Assembly (NCBI GenBank): GCA_963668275.2
Contig: OY764155.1
Span: 224,642 to 288,641, forward strand
Direction of reading: 5' to 3'
Source of the DNA: Dehalococcoidia bacterium
GTDB taxonomy: Bacteria > Chloroflexota > Dehalococcoidia > Lucifugimonadales > UBA1123
DNA length: 64,000 nt
Part shown: piece after piece, positions 44,196 through 53,648 of the stretch
Position numbering within the stretch: the first letter of the stretch is position 1
Layout of the letters: each line of letters begins with the position of its first letter
Translations under genes and position numbers: made by a program
The notes under the pieces: model-generated
What the model was told of the DNA's origin: nothing
Databases searched by the model: none
What the model saw: the letters and a program-made list of their open reading frames with translations, nothing else

Positions 44196-44978
44196 CTACT
44201 GATATTCTCCATGCCCGCGCTCCACGTGAAACTCCCCCGTCAGCGGCAGGGAGCGCCCCAGCCGCCTCGGGACGCTGCCGAAGAAATCTCCCCACGTGGG
44301 CGGATCGGGGTGAGATTCCAGCAACTGGCCGAGGACATGGCTGCCGCCATGAAGCATCGGGTTGCCGTGGCCGCCGAACACGCCCTCGAACTCGAATTCG
44401 GACAGACGCTTGAGGGAGCGGATGTAGCTGTCGCGGTCGTAGCCCGGGAATGGGACGGAGCGGCTGATATGGCTGCCGTCGCTGAAGATGGTGTCGCCGG
44501 AGAATAGCGCCTTGCTCTCTTCCATCAGGAAGCAGACGCTGCCGCGCGTGTGGCCGGGGGTGTGGATTACCCGTATGCCGCCGTGGATGGGCAGTATGTC
44601 GCCGTCCTCGACCAGCGCGCCCACACCAACGCGGCTGAAGATGGGCATCGGAGACGCCATCTTGCCCAGCAGTCCTTCATAGCCGAGCGCGAGACGATTC
44701 CGGTCCAGCCGGACGGTATCCGACCTGTGAACTACGACGGACGCGCCGGTGACCTTGGCCAGCACGGAGGTCATGCCGGTGTGGTCGGGGTGGCTGTGGG
44801 TTATCAGGATGTGGCGCAGTTCGTCGGGCCGCCTGCCGATGGAGCGGATGTACCTCAGAACTCTGCGCGGACGCCAAGGCAGGCCGGAGTCCACGAGCGT
44901 CAGCGTCTCGCCGACGAGCAGGTAAACCCGCGCCCACCTCGCGCTTGGAATCATGTGTATGCCCGGAGATACTTCCAT
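44196..44978 (-). CDS. MBL-fold metallo-hydrolase
   Basis: ILITHSHPDHTG motif and HTPGHTRGS. Confidence 0.88.
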   Translation of the reverse strand: MEVSPGIHMIPSARWARVYLLVGETLTLVDSGLPWRPRRVLRYIRSIGRRPDELRHILITHSHPDHTGMTSVLAKVTGASVVVHRSDTVRLDRNRLALGYEGLLGKMASPMPIFSRVGVGALVEDGDILPIHGGIRVIHTPGHTRGSVCFLMEESKALFSGDTIFSDGSHISRSVPFPGYDRDSYIRSLKRLSEFEFEGVFGGHGNPMLHGGSHVLGQLLESHPDPPTWGDFFGSVPRRLGRSLPLTGEFHVERGHGEYQ

Positions 44979-45083
44979 TGAGAGTCTCTCTGTTTACGGG
45001 ATGACGGTTATTGTATCACCCGCGCGCTTGGTTAGCAGTCCCTGTGATACAATCCCGCGCATCCAGATTGAGGAGCGTCCCCT

Positions 45084-45929
45084 ATGAACATCGGCATTTC
45101 TACTTTCCCCACCGACTACTCGGTTGACATAGCTGTACTCGCCAAGAGGGCCGAGGAGATCGGTTTCGAGTCGCTCTGGGTGCCGGAGCATCCGATTCTG
45201 CCCGTGAAGGCGAGTTCGCCCTGGCCAGGGTCGGCGGACGGCGTCATTCCGAAGGTGTACGCGGACATCGTTGATCCGTTCGTCGCGCTTGGCAGGGCGT
45301 CGGCGGTCACGACCACCATGAAGCTCGGGACCGGCATCTGCCTGGTGCCGGAGCGCAATCCTCTGCTGCTGGCGAAGGAGGTCGCGACGCTGGATATGTA
45401 CTCGGGCGGCAGGTTCCTGTTCGGAATAGGCGCGGGCTGGCACAAAGAGGAGACGGAGATAATGGGCGGCGATTTCGCTCACCGCTGGACGCAGACCAAG
45501 GAGTCCATCCTCGCCATGAAGTCGCTCTGGACCGAGGTCGAAAGCGAGTACCACGGCAACTACTACGACTTCCCGCCCGTGTACTCGTTCCCCAGGCCGA
45601 CGCAGCGTCCGCACCCGCCCGTTTACCTGGGCGGAATGGCGCGCAACGTGTTCAAGCGCGTGGTGGAGTGGGGCGACGGCTGGATGCCCAACCGAGTTAC
45701 CCCCGAAGACATCAGCGCCGGACGGCAGAAGATGGATGAACTGGCGTCGGAGGCGGGGCGCGACCCGGGTTCGATAAGCATCTCGGTGTTCGGGCAGCCC
45801 GCCGACCGCGACCTGGTATCTGCCCTGTTCGAGGCCGGGGCGGACCGGGTGATGATACGGGTGGAGACCGCCGACCAAGACGCCACCTTCGCTCAGCTCG
45901 ACCAGATAGCCGAGACCGTCCTGTCGTAA
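45084..45929 (+). CDS. LLM-class (F420-dependent-like) oxidoreductase
   Basis: FESLWVPEHPILP, GTGICLVPERNPLLLAKEVATLD and GGRFLFGIGAGW. Confidence 0.88.
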   Translation: MNIGISTFPTDYSVDIAVLAKRAEEIGFESLWVPEHPILPVKASSPWPGSADGVIPKVYADIVDPFVALGRASAVTTTMKLGTGICLVPERNPLLLAKEVATLDMYSGGRFLFGIGAGWHKEETEIMGGDFAHRWTQTKESILAMKSLWTEVESEYHGNYYDFPPVYSFPRPTQRPHPPVYLGGMARNVFKRVVEWGDGWMPNRVTPEDISAGRQKMDELASEAGRDPGSISISVFGQPADRDLVSALFEAGADRVMIRVETADQDATFAQLDQIAETVLS

Positions 45930-46052
45930 GGACATTCGACTATCAACTAACAGCCCGCTTGGTAGGGGCAACCCTTGTGGTTGCCCTTTATTGAGAAATC
46001 AAATCGGACAATCGAAAGACCCGTCCGAAAAGAGGAAGTAGAATAGTATAAT

Positions 46053-46505
46053 ATGGATAGCAGATTTCCCGGTTGGGCGGCGCGACACGCGCTCTTCGCC
46101 CCTTGGGGCATATTGGCGACGACGTATGTCTTGACCGTGTACGTCAAGGCAGTCGGCTGGAACATCTGGAACGACCGCGCCAACATTGTTACCATGTCCG
46201 ATATGGCGGACTTGGGCCTTATCGTCTATGCCTGCGGAGCGTCTTTAGTGGAGGTATTCATAGGAATGGCATTCTACGCGCTGGAACAAAGAAAGAAGCG
46301 AATGGAACAGAGGCGGAGAGAAGAGGAGGAGAGGCGGAAGGAAGAGGAACAGAGGCTGGAAAAGGCCAGGCAGAGGGGTAGGGAAATAGGTAGGCAGCAA
46401 GTTATACGTATGTTCGCCATCAAGGCGAACGAGAATCCCCAAGCCTCAGTCGAGGAATTGGTGGAAGCCGTGACGTCCGAGATGGAAAAGTCCGAGCGAA
46501 ACTAG
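46053..46505 (+). CDS. small 2-TM protein with charged C-terminal helix (paralog family member 2)
   Basis: 150 aa; RHALFAPWGILATTYVLT, FYALEQRKKRMEQRRREEEE, ENPQASVEELVEAV. Confidence 0.6.
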   Translation: MDSRFPGWAARHALFAPWGILATTYVLTVYVKAVGWNIWNDRANIVTMSDMADLGLIVYACGASLVEVFIGMAFYALEQRKKRMEQRRREEEERRKEEEQRLEKARQRGREIGRQQVIRMFAIKANENPQASVEELVEAVTSEMEKSERN

Positions 46506-47548
46506 GCCGCCCCCGCGCCGAAGCGCGGCATCACCCTCTCCCCGAACAGCCGAATAGACTCCTGGACGCCGGCGGTGTCCATCTCGCCGACGTTCATCTT
46601 CATCATCAGGTTGCGCACGCCAACGTCGCGTAGTTCGGCTATCCGCTCCGCGACCTGCTCCGGCGTCCCGACGATGCACGCCTTCTCGAAGTCCTCCCCG
46701 GCCGGAAGCGGCTTGGTCGGGTCGAGCGGGGGGAAGCCCTCCGGGTTGTAGATTTCGCGCGCCTCGCGGAAGTGCTTGCGCTCTCTGTGGAAGCCCGGCT
46801 CGAATAACTCCCTCGCGCGGTCGTAGCTCTCCGCGACGAAGACGTTCTTGGAGAACCAGCATTGGTCCAGCGTCGCCTCGATTCGCGCCTCGTCGAAACC
46901 CGCTTTCGCCATTTCGTCCCTGTACCCGGCCATGCGCGACACGAACACCTCCGGCTCCTGTACCCCCATCAGGATGGGACGGCCTATTCGCCCCATCGCG
47001 ATGGTGGACGCTTCGCTGATGCAGGCGCGCACCAGGGGCGGGTGTGGCTTCTGGAAGGGCTGCGGCCTGAGTTGGGGGAATTCTACGTCCCAGAACCTGC
47101 CCTTGTGTCGCAAGTTGTCAGTCGTCCACGCTTTCACGAGAAGGTCTTCGGCCTCGGCGAGACGGTCCGGGCCTTCGTCCATCGGGACGCCGAAACCCAT
47201 GTACTCGTAGGTGTTGAAGGCCGACCCGCGCCCGACGCCCACGATGAGCCTGCCCCGGCTCAGGTTGTCCAGCAGCGAGGTCTGCGCCGCGAGACGGACC
47301 GGGTGGTGGAAGGCCATCTCGACCACGGCGAACCCTATCTTGATTCGCGTCGTCCTGGAGGCGACAGCCGCGCCGAACACGAGCGGGTCCACGTAGGCGC
47401 ACGCGCCATCGAAGTGGTGCTCGGTCAGCCAGGCGGCCTCGAATCCCAGCTTGTCCTGGAGTTCTATCTCGGCCAGAGTATTGGCTATCACCGCGGCGTC
47501 GTTGTCCGGTTCGTGGCTGACCGGAAACACCATCGAGCCGAATCGCAT
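46502..47548 (-). CDS. LLM-class flavin-dependent oxidoreductase
   Basis: FEAAWLTEHHF, RIKIGFAVVEMAFHHPVRLAAQ and GRLIVGVGRG. Confidence 0.88.
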   Translation of the reverse strand: MRFGSMVFPVSHEPDNDAAVIANTLAEIELQDKLGFEAAWLTEHHFDGACAYVDPLVFGAAVASRTTRIKIGFAVVEMAFHHPVRLAAQTSLLDNLSRGRLIVGVGRGSAFNTYEYMGFGVPMDEGPDRLAEAEDLLVKAWTTDNLRHKGRFWDVEFPQLRPQPFQKPHPPLVRACISEASTIAMGRIGRPILMGVQEPEVFVSRMAGYRDEMAKAGFDEARIEATLDQCWFSKNVFVAESYDRARELFEPGFHRERKHFREAREIYNPEGFPPLDPTKPLPAGEDFEKACIVGTPEQVAERIAELRDVGVRNLMMKMNVGEMDTAGVQESIRLFGERVMPRFGAGAA

Positions 47549-47586
47549 ATATCCCCTCGCGTTCTTGCCTTAATTGCGTACCGTTA

Positions 47587-48345
47587 TCAGAGTATCTGCG
47601 ACAGGAACAGCTTCGTGCGGTCGTTTTGCGGATCCTCGAATATCTGCTCCGGCGGGCCTTCCTCAACTATCAGGCCCTCGTCGAACATGATCATGCGGTC
47701 GGAGACCTCGCGGGCGAATCCCATCTCGTGGGTGACCACGACCATCGTCATACCGGACTTGGCGAGTTCCTGCATCACGTCGAGGACTTCCTTGATCATC
47801 TCGGGATCGAGCGCGGAGGTCGGCTCGTCGAACAGCATGATGTTGGGCTGCATGGCGAGAGCGCGGGCTATGGCCACGCGCTGCTGCTGGCCGCCAGAGA
47901 GTTCAGCAGGGTACTTCTCCGCCTGCTCGGATATGCCGACGCGCTCCAGCAGTTGGTGGGCCGCTTCCTCCGCCTCGTCTTTCGGTATATGCCTCACCTG
48001 CGTCGGGCCGAGCGTGATGTTTCTCAGCACGCTCAGGTGCGGAAACAGGTTGAAGGACTGGAACACCATGCCCACGTCGCGGCGTATGGCGTTGATGTTC
48101 CTGATGTCGTCGGTCAACTCTATGCCGTCTATGATTATCTGTCCCTGCTGGTGTTCCTCCAGCCGGTTGAGCATCCTGATGAAAGTGGATTTGCCCGAAC
48201 CGGACGGTCCGAACACGACGACCACCTGCCCCTTGCTAATCTCGGTGGAGATTCCCCTGATGACATGGAAGTCGCCGAACCACTTGTGAACGTCGCGGCA
48301 GATGATGATGTTCTCGGACTCGCCCTGTCTGTCGCCATTAGTCAT
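47587..48345 (-). CDS. amino-acid ABC transporter ATP-binding protein
   Basis: GPSGSGKST Walker [16 protein letters not shown] signature, [11 protein letters not shown] Walker B. Confidence 0.95.
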   Translation of the reverse strand: MTNGDRQGESENIIICRDVHKWFGDFHVIRGISTEISKGQVVVVFGPSGSGKSTFIRMLNRLEEHQQGQIIIDGIELTDDIRNINAIRRDVGMVFQSFNLFPHLSVLRNITLGPTQVRHIPKDEAEEAAHQLLERVGISEQAEKYPAELSGGQQQRVAIARALAMQPNIMLFDEPTSALDPEMIKEVLDVMQELAKSGMTMVVVTHEMGFAREVSDRMIMFDEGLIVEEGPPEQIFEDPQNDRTKLFLSQIL

Positions 48346-48382
48346 AGCGCAACCTCTCTCGAACTCATTGACTCATACGGGA

Positions 48383-49630
48383 TTAGCGCTGACCCACGCC
48401 CAGATACTCTTCCACCCGTCCGCTCACATAGGACATAGTGTAGGTGAATATCCAGAACACCAGCGCCAGGAATATGAACAGTTCCTTCGCGCTGGCGAGA
48501 TACTCGGCGTTTCCCTGGATGAACGCCCTGCTTATCTCCACGATGTCCAGCATACCGATGATGTAAACCAGGCTGGTGTCCTTGAACAGCGCGATGAACT
48601 GCCCCACTATGGCCGGGATCACGTTCCGAATCGCCTGGGGCAGCGAGATGAACAGCGTCGTCTGCCAGCCCGGAAGTCCAAGCGCGCGCGCGGCCTCGAC
48701 CTGCCCTGGGTGGAGCGCCTGCAAGCCGCCCCTGATGTTCTCCGCCATGTAGGCCGCGCTGAACAGCGTTATCACTATCGCGGCGCGGAGCAGTGAGTTT
48801 GGCTTCAGGTCCTCAGGGAACGCGAGCGGCACCAGCACCTGGGACATGAACAGCAGGGTTATCAGCGGCACGCCTCTGAATACCTCGATGAACACTACGC
48901 ACACGAGCTTTACCACGGGCAGCGCGCTGCGTCGTCCCAGCGCGAGCGCGACACCTATGGGCAAGCTTAGCGTTATGCCCGCCACCGCCAGCAGGATATT
49001 AAGGGTTATTCCGCCCCAGTGTATGACCGACACCGGCTGCATACCCGGCACGCCCTCTATACCACGAAGAAGAACGAGCGTAAGCAGGAAGAACACAACC
49101 GCCAGGATCCCTATCCACTTGGGCGTTCCGAGCGGCGTGTATCTTCCGAGCGCCCACCCCGCGAAGACCGCTGGCAGGTTCGCCACCAGCAGCAGGCGCA
49201 CGTCCATCCCCATCTTCTCGAAGCTGTACGGCAGAAGGGAGAAGGCCGCGGCCGCAATCGCGACGGTCAGCGCTATGCGCTTCGCCACGCCGCCCCCGGC
49301 CACCGCCCAGCCCATTCCGAGCAGGACTGTTACCAGAAGCAACCCGGCTTGGGGTCTCCAGAAGCAGTTCTGGCCCGGGCAGGACGACTCGATGTTGTAC
49401 TGGCCTATGACCATCTGGCCGCCCAGCACGCCGATGACCGTCCAGTCTGCGTCGGTGACCGTCCACTTGCCGCCGAACCACACCGCCGCGACTATCAGGA
49501 CGACGAGAACGACCGTCAGCGCTCCGTTGTACCAGGAGCTGAACAGGTTGGCGCGCATCCATCCGACCGCGCCGGTCTGGGAACGCGGCGGCGGCAGGCT
49601 TGGCGGACGCTGATCTAAGGTGGCGGCCAA
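48383..49630 (-). CDS. amino-acid ABC transporter permease (AapM-like)
   Basis: Polytopic; EAARALGL..FISLPQA EAA loop. Confidence 0.9.
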   Translation of the reverse strand: MAATLDQRPPSLPPPRSQTGAVGWMRANLFSSWYNGALTVVLVVLIVAAVWFGGKWTVTDADWTVIGVLGGQMVIGQYNIESSCPGQNCFWRPQAGLLLVTVLLGMGWAVAGGGVAKRIALTVAIAAAAFSLLPYSFEKMGMDVRLLLVANLPAVFAGWALGRYTPLGTPKWIGILAVVFFLLTLVLLRGIEGVPGMQPVSVIHWGGITLNILLAVAGITLSLPIGVALALGRRSALPVVKLVCVVFIEVFRGVPLITLLFMSQVLVPLAFPEDLKPNSLLRAAIVITLFSAAYMAENIRGGLQALHPGQVEAARALGLPGWQTTLFISLPQAIRNVIPAIVGQFIALFKDTSLVYIIGMLDIVEISRAFIQGNAEYLASAKELFIFLALVFWIFTYTMSYVSGRVEEYLGVGQR

Positions 49631-49633
49631 TGT

Positions 49634-50830
49634 CTAGGCTCCCACAAAACGGATATGGCGGTTGTACAGATTGCCGATGAGCGAGTAGGTCAGGCTCATC
49701 GCCAGGTATGCAAGCATGATGATTATGAAGATGGATACAGCCGGGGCCGTCTGCGTCATCGTCTTGGCGACGTTGGTGAGGTCGGCGTAGCCTATCGCTC
49801 CGGCGAGGCTGCTGTTCTTGGTCAGATTGAGGTACTGGCTGATGAGCGGCGGGATGATGACGCGCAGCGCTTGCGGGAAGGTTACCTGGCGCAGCGTCGC
49901 CATCTGGGAGAGGCCAAGAGAGCGCGCCGCCTCGGTCTGGCCGCGCCCGACCGACTGTATGCCAGCGCGGACTATCTCGGCGATGAACGACGACGTGTAG
50001 ATCACCAGCCCGACGAGCAGCACCAGCAGACCCGCCGGAGCGGTGAAGCCGCCGCCTATCCGCCCGAATCTGCCCTCCGGCGCGGGGACGGATATGACGA
50101 AAGGCGCGTGTCCGTTCGACGCCATTATGACTATCCATGCCGCCGCGCCCGTCACTATCGCCACGCCGCAGCCATATACCACAGGGTAGGATGCCTTGCC
50201 CGTCAGCAGTTCCCGCCTCGCCATTATCCGATAGACGATGATCCCCGCCACTACCCCCGCGACCGCGACCGCCATCCATAGCAGCCCCGCGCCCAGGTTG
50301 GGCGGCGAGGGCCAGGGCATGGACGTACCCGCGTTGTTGATGTAGAAGGCGTCCATCAGTACATAGCCGTCGCGCACGCGGGGAAGCGCAAGCACGATGT
50401 AGAACCAGAAGAAGAGCTGCACCAGCAGAGGCACGTTTCGGAAGAACTCGATATAGACCGTCGCTATCTTCGACACCAGCCAATTCCCCGACAGCCGCGC
50501 CACCCCGATGACGATGCCCAGCAGCGTCGCCAGTATCACGCCCACAATCGAGACCACGATGGTATTGGTGACAGCCACTCCGAGCGCGTACAGGAACGTG
50601 TTGGACTTGTCGTAGGGCAGGAAGTGCTGTCCTATGGGAGTTTGGTAGGCCCTCTCCAGGAAGCTGAATCCGAACGGGATGTTTCGCGCGTGTATCGCGC
50701 TGTATATGTTGGAGAAGAACCAGGCCACGAACACCACAACCAGAATGCCGGACACTATCTGCGCCGCCCACTGTATAGCGCGCGTGTGTCTCCAGATCGG
50801 AATGCCCTGGTAGGTCAAGATGCTCATCAT
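49634..50830 (-). CDS. amino-acid ABC transporter permease (AapQ-like)
   Basis: Polytopic; QTEAARSLGLSQ...VTFPQAL EAA loop. Confidence 0.9.
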   Translation of the reverse strand: MMSILTYQGIPIWRHTRAIQWAAQIVSGILVVVFVAWFFSNIYSAIHARNIPFGFSFLERAYQTPIGQHFLPYDKSNTFLYALGVAVTNTIVVSIVGVILATLLGIVIGVARLSGNWLVSKIATVYIEFFRNVPLLVQLFFWFYIVLALPRVRDGYVLMDAFYINNAGTSMPWPSPPNLGAGLLWMAVAVAGVVAGIIVYRIMARRELLTGKASYPVVYGCGVAIVTGAAAWIVIMASNGHAPFVISVPAPEGRFGRIGGGFTAPAGLLVLLVGLVIYTSSFIAEIVRAGIQSVGRGQTEAARSLGLSQMATLRQVTFPQALRVIIPPLISQYLNLTKNSSLAGAIGYADLTNVAKTMTQTAPAVSIFIIIMLAYLAMSLTYSLIGNLYNRHIRFVGA

Positions 50831-51023
50831 CAGGTCGAAGATACCCTCATGGTATGGTCTGCGCCGCAGATGCTATCACAACGCCGCGAACTTTGCCGCC
50901 GTTCACAGCGTGAATCGTAAAATTGGCATGGCATCCGACAATAAGAAAGCGGCTGGCGAATTTTCGCCAGCCGCTTGGCTTTTCAATCCATGGCCTCGCG
51001 TCAGGCGCGAGAGCCGAAATTCT

Positions 51024-52244
51024 CTACCTCAGAGGCGCGGCGTAGATCTGTCCGCCCTTCGGGCAGTCCATGCAGGAGGCGTCCGCCCACAGCGCGTTGC
51101 GCCCGTTCTCTCTTGGCAGGTTGATGCCGCTCGGGCCCAGGTTGCGGTCGTATATCTCGCCGTAGTTGCCGACGGCCTTGATAACGTCCTGCGCGGCGGT
51201 CTGGCTCAGTCCCAGGCTCTCCTGGCCGAAGGAGCCTTCCAGTCCCATCAGGCGGTCAACCTTGGTGTCGCCGGTAACACTGCTCGGAACATTGCCGGAC
51301 TCCACGCCGTAAGCCTCGGCGTAGATGAGAATGCCCATGACCGTCTTCACGATGTCGAACCACTGGTCGTCGCCGTGCGGAACCACCGGGCCGAGAGGCT
51401 CTTCGGAGATGGTCTCGGGCAGGATGGTGTGGGCGTTGGGGTCGGACATGGCGGAGCCGAGCGCGGCCAACTGCGAGCGGTCGTTGGTGAACGCGTCGCA
51501 CTGTCCGCTTTCGTAGGCCGCCACTACCGCGTCGGTGTCTTCGAACGTCACCGCCTCGATGTTCAGGTTGTTCTGGCTGGAGAAGTCCGCCAGGTTGAGT
51601 TCGGTGGTGGTGCCCTGGGTCACGCAGACGCTGGCGCCGTCGAGTTCGTACGCGCTGGATACTCCGAGGTCCTTGTTGACCAGGAAGCCCTGGCCGTCGT
51701 AGAACATAGTCTGGGCGTAGTTGCCCCACTGCGAGTCGCGGGAGGACGTCCAGGTAACCGTGCGAACCAGCATATCAACTTCGCCGGACTGGATCGTCGG
51801 GCCGCGCTCGGCGGCGGTAATCAGGCGTATCTCAATGGCGTTGGGGTCGCCCAGCACGGCGGCAGCGAGCGCTCGGCAGAGGTCTATGTCGAAGCCGACA
51901 TTGTTGCCGGATGCGTCCAGATAGCCGTAGCCCGGAACGTCGTTTCGGCTGGCGCAGATGACTTTGCCGCGGTCCTTGACCTGCTGAAGACGGTTGCCCG
52001 CCATCATCATGGCGTCGGCTTGTTCCTTGGTCATCATGCCCATTTCTTCGGCCTTGGCCATGACGTCAGCGTCGGACATCATCGCGCCCTGGGCCATGGC
52101 GTCGGCCTCGGCCTTGGTCATCATGCCCATTTCCTGGGCCGCGGCCTGTATCTCGGCGTTGGACATTTCCTGTGAACACGCCACAAGCGCGAGCGCAACC
52201 GCCAGAAGCGCCGCTCCTAGTACAAAAGTCTGTATTTTCTTCAT
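51024..52244 (-). CDS. amino-acid ABC transporter substrate-binding lipoprotein (AapJ-like) with Met-rich N-terminal insert
   Basis: Start moved to MKKIQTFVLGAALLAVALALVACS (lipobox, GGAG SD). Type 3 SBP core. Confidence 0.88.
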   Translation of the reverse strand: MKKIQTFVLGAALLAVALALVACSQEMSNAEIQAAAQEMGMMTKAEADAMAQGAMMSDADVMAKAEEMGMMTKEQADAMMMAGNRLQQVKDRGKVICASRNDVPGYGYLDASGNNVGFDIDLCRALAAAVLGDPNAIEIRLITAAERGPTIQSGEVDMLVRTVTWTSSRDSQWGNYAQTMFYDGQGFLVNKDLGVSSAYELDGASVCVTQGTTTELNLADFSSQNNLNIEAVTFEDTDAVVAAYESGQCDAFTNDRSQLAALGSAMSDPNAHTILPETISEEPLGPVVPHGDDQWFDIVKTVMGILIYAEAYGVESGNVPSSVTGDTKVDRLMGLEGSFGQESLGLSQTAAQDVIKAVGNYGEIYDRNLGPSGINLPRENGRNALWADASCMDCPKGGQIYAAPLR

Positions 52245-52543
52245 TTGTTTCTCCTGATCCACTAGATTCAGAACCTTACGGTATGGAACCGCACTGCCAA
52301 ATTATATATTACTCAAGTTCTAAGTATAGAGAAAAAGCCTGCGCCAATCAAAGGGCGGACTATCCAAGTTTCGGAGGCTTTTCAAAGAGGGCAGCCGAAC
52401 GGTAGTGAACGCGGTGCAGCGGTAATGGAAGCCGCGAGTGACTTTGAAAAGGCGCTGTCCCATACTGTCAATCTATTGCGGACTGATACCCCAGAGGGTA
52501 TAGTACAAGTATAAGATAGCTACAAACCCAAAGGGGGCCGCGC

Positions 52544-53644
52544 ATGACCTCGCTCAAGGATAATTTCAACGGCATTCAGGAATACGCCGACGACCAGGGT
52601 CTTGATCTTGGGTGGATTGACCGGCAGGGCGAGTGGGGAGTCAAGGCGTCCGCGGACGGCGCGAAGGGCCTCACGCTCAACGACACGCAGATCGGCAGCT
52701 ACGGCGACCCGCCCGAAGAGTCGGACAACATGACGGGCAAGCCCAGGGGCGCGGCGGCCAGGCCCAACGCCTACCGCATCGGCGGCTACCAGGTGCGAAC
52801 CAAGTCGGACATCTGGCTCACCAACGCCTCGATGTTGTATGAAGAGGCGCTCCAGCGACAGTGGAGTTCGGCCACCGACATTCCATGGCACGCGATCAAG
52901 CCGCTGCCGGACGACATCGAGCGAGCGCAGTGCCAGTTGGCGACGTTCCTGACGGAGGTCGAGTTCGTGGCGGCGGACATACCGGGACGATGGGTAGCCA
53001 GCACGACGCCGGACTACTTCGAGCCGCGAATGTTCCTCATCACGCAGATAATGGACGAGTCGCGCCACCTGGACGTTTTCCGCAAGCGAGCTCTCGCCAA
53101 CGGCGGCGGGCTGATGCAGCGACCGGATATCAACGTCACAACAAGCGGCGTGGTGGGCAGCATTGACCTGTCCAGGGACTTCACCGAGATGTCCTCGCGG
53201 CTGCACATATCGGGGGAGGGCGCGGTGCTGACCATCTTCCGCATGGGCGAACTGATGGCGTACAACGACGCCGAGAAGCGCATCTACCGCCTCGCGGCGC
53301 AGGACGAGTCTCGCCACGTCGCGTTCGGCGTAATGCACATGAGATACCTGGCCGAGACCGAGCCGGACCGCAAGGAAGAGATACACGAATACCTGGACGA
53401 GGGCGAGCGCAGCCTGGTCTCAGGGAGCCAGAATCCCGCCGCGCGCGATTCGGCGCAGAGCGAGTCGCTGTCCATACTGCTGGGCGGCGGACAGAAGAAC
53501 TTCGACGAGGGCTACCGCAAGCTGCTCGCCATACGCAAGCGGCAGGCGAAAGAGTACGTCCAGCGCATCCGCTCAGCCGGATTCGGCGAGAGATTCGAGA
53601 ACGGCAGGGCCAACCCCGAGCTTATGGAATACGTGAGGAGCTAG
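52544..53644 (+). CDS. ferritin-like diiron-carboxylate protein (putative oxygenase catalytic subunit)
   Basis: A complete E...ExxH...E...ExxH set: LTEVEF, IMDESRHLDVF, ISGEGAV, AAQDESRHVAFG. Confidence 0.72.
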   Translation: MTSLKDNFNGIQEYADDQGLDLGWIDRQGEWGVKASADGAKGLTLNDTQIGSYGDPPEESDNMTGKPRGAAARPNAYRIGGYQVRTKSDIWLTNASMLYEEALQRQWSSATDIPWHAIKPLPDDIERAQCQLATFLTEVEFVAADIPGRWVASTTPDYFEPRMFLITQIMDESRHLDVFRKRALANGGGLMQRPDINVTTSGVVGSIDLSRDFTEMSSRLHISGEGAVLTIFRMGELMAYNDAEKRIYRLAAQDESRHVAFGVMHMRYLAETEPDRKEEIHEYLDEGERSLVSGSQNPAARDSAQSESLSILLGGGQKNFDEGYRKLLAIRKRQAKEYVQRIRSAGFGERFENGRANPELMEYVRS

Positions 53645-53648
53645 TCGC

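Noticed and set aside
46040-46055. TATAAT immediately before the ATG of the 46053 small-TM gene as its promoter
   Set aside because: The hexamer ends 1 nt before the ATG, so a transcript from it would start inside the ORF. It is either coincidental AT-rich sequence or the true start codon is further downstream.
48999-50771. 590-aa minus-strand ORF, plus the 50820-52175 (+), 39545-40717 (+), 31822-33246 (-), 44994-45971 (-), 46862-48289 (+), 1422-2384 (+), 36921-38141 (-) and 37359-38450 (+) ORFs
   Set aside because: All overlap, out of frame or antisense, genes with clear family signatures (ABC permeases, SBP, MoxR, dnaE, LLM oxidoreductases, ABC ATPase, TgpA). They have the Arg/Gly/Pro-rich low-information composition of shadow ORFs.
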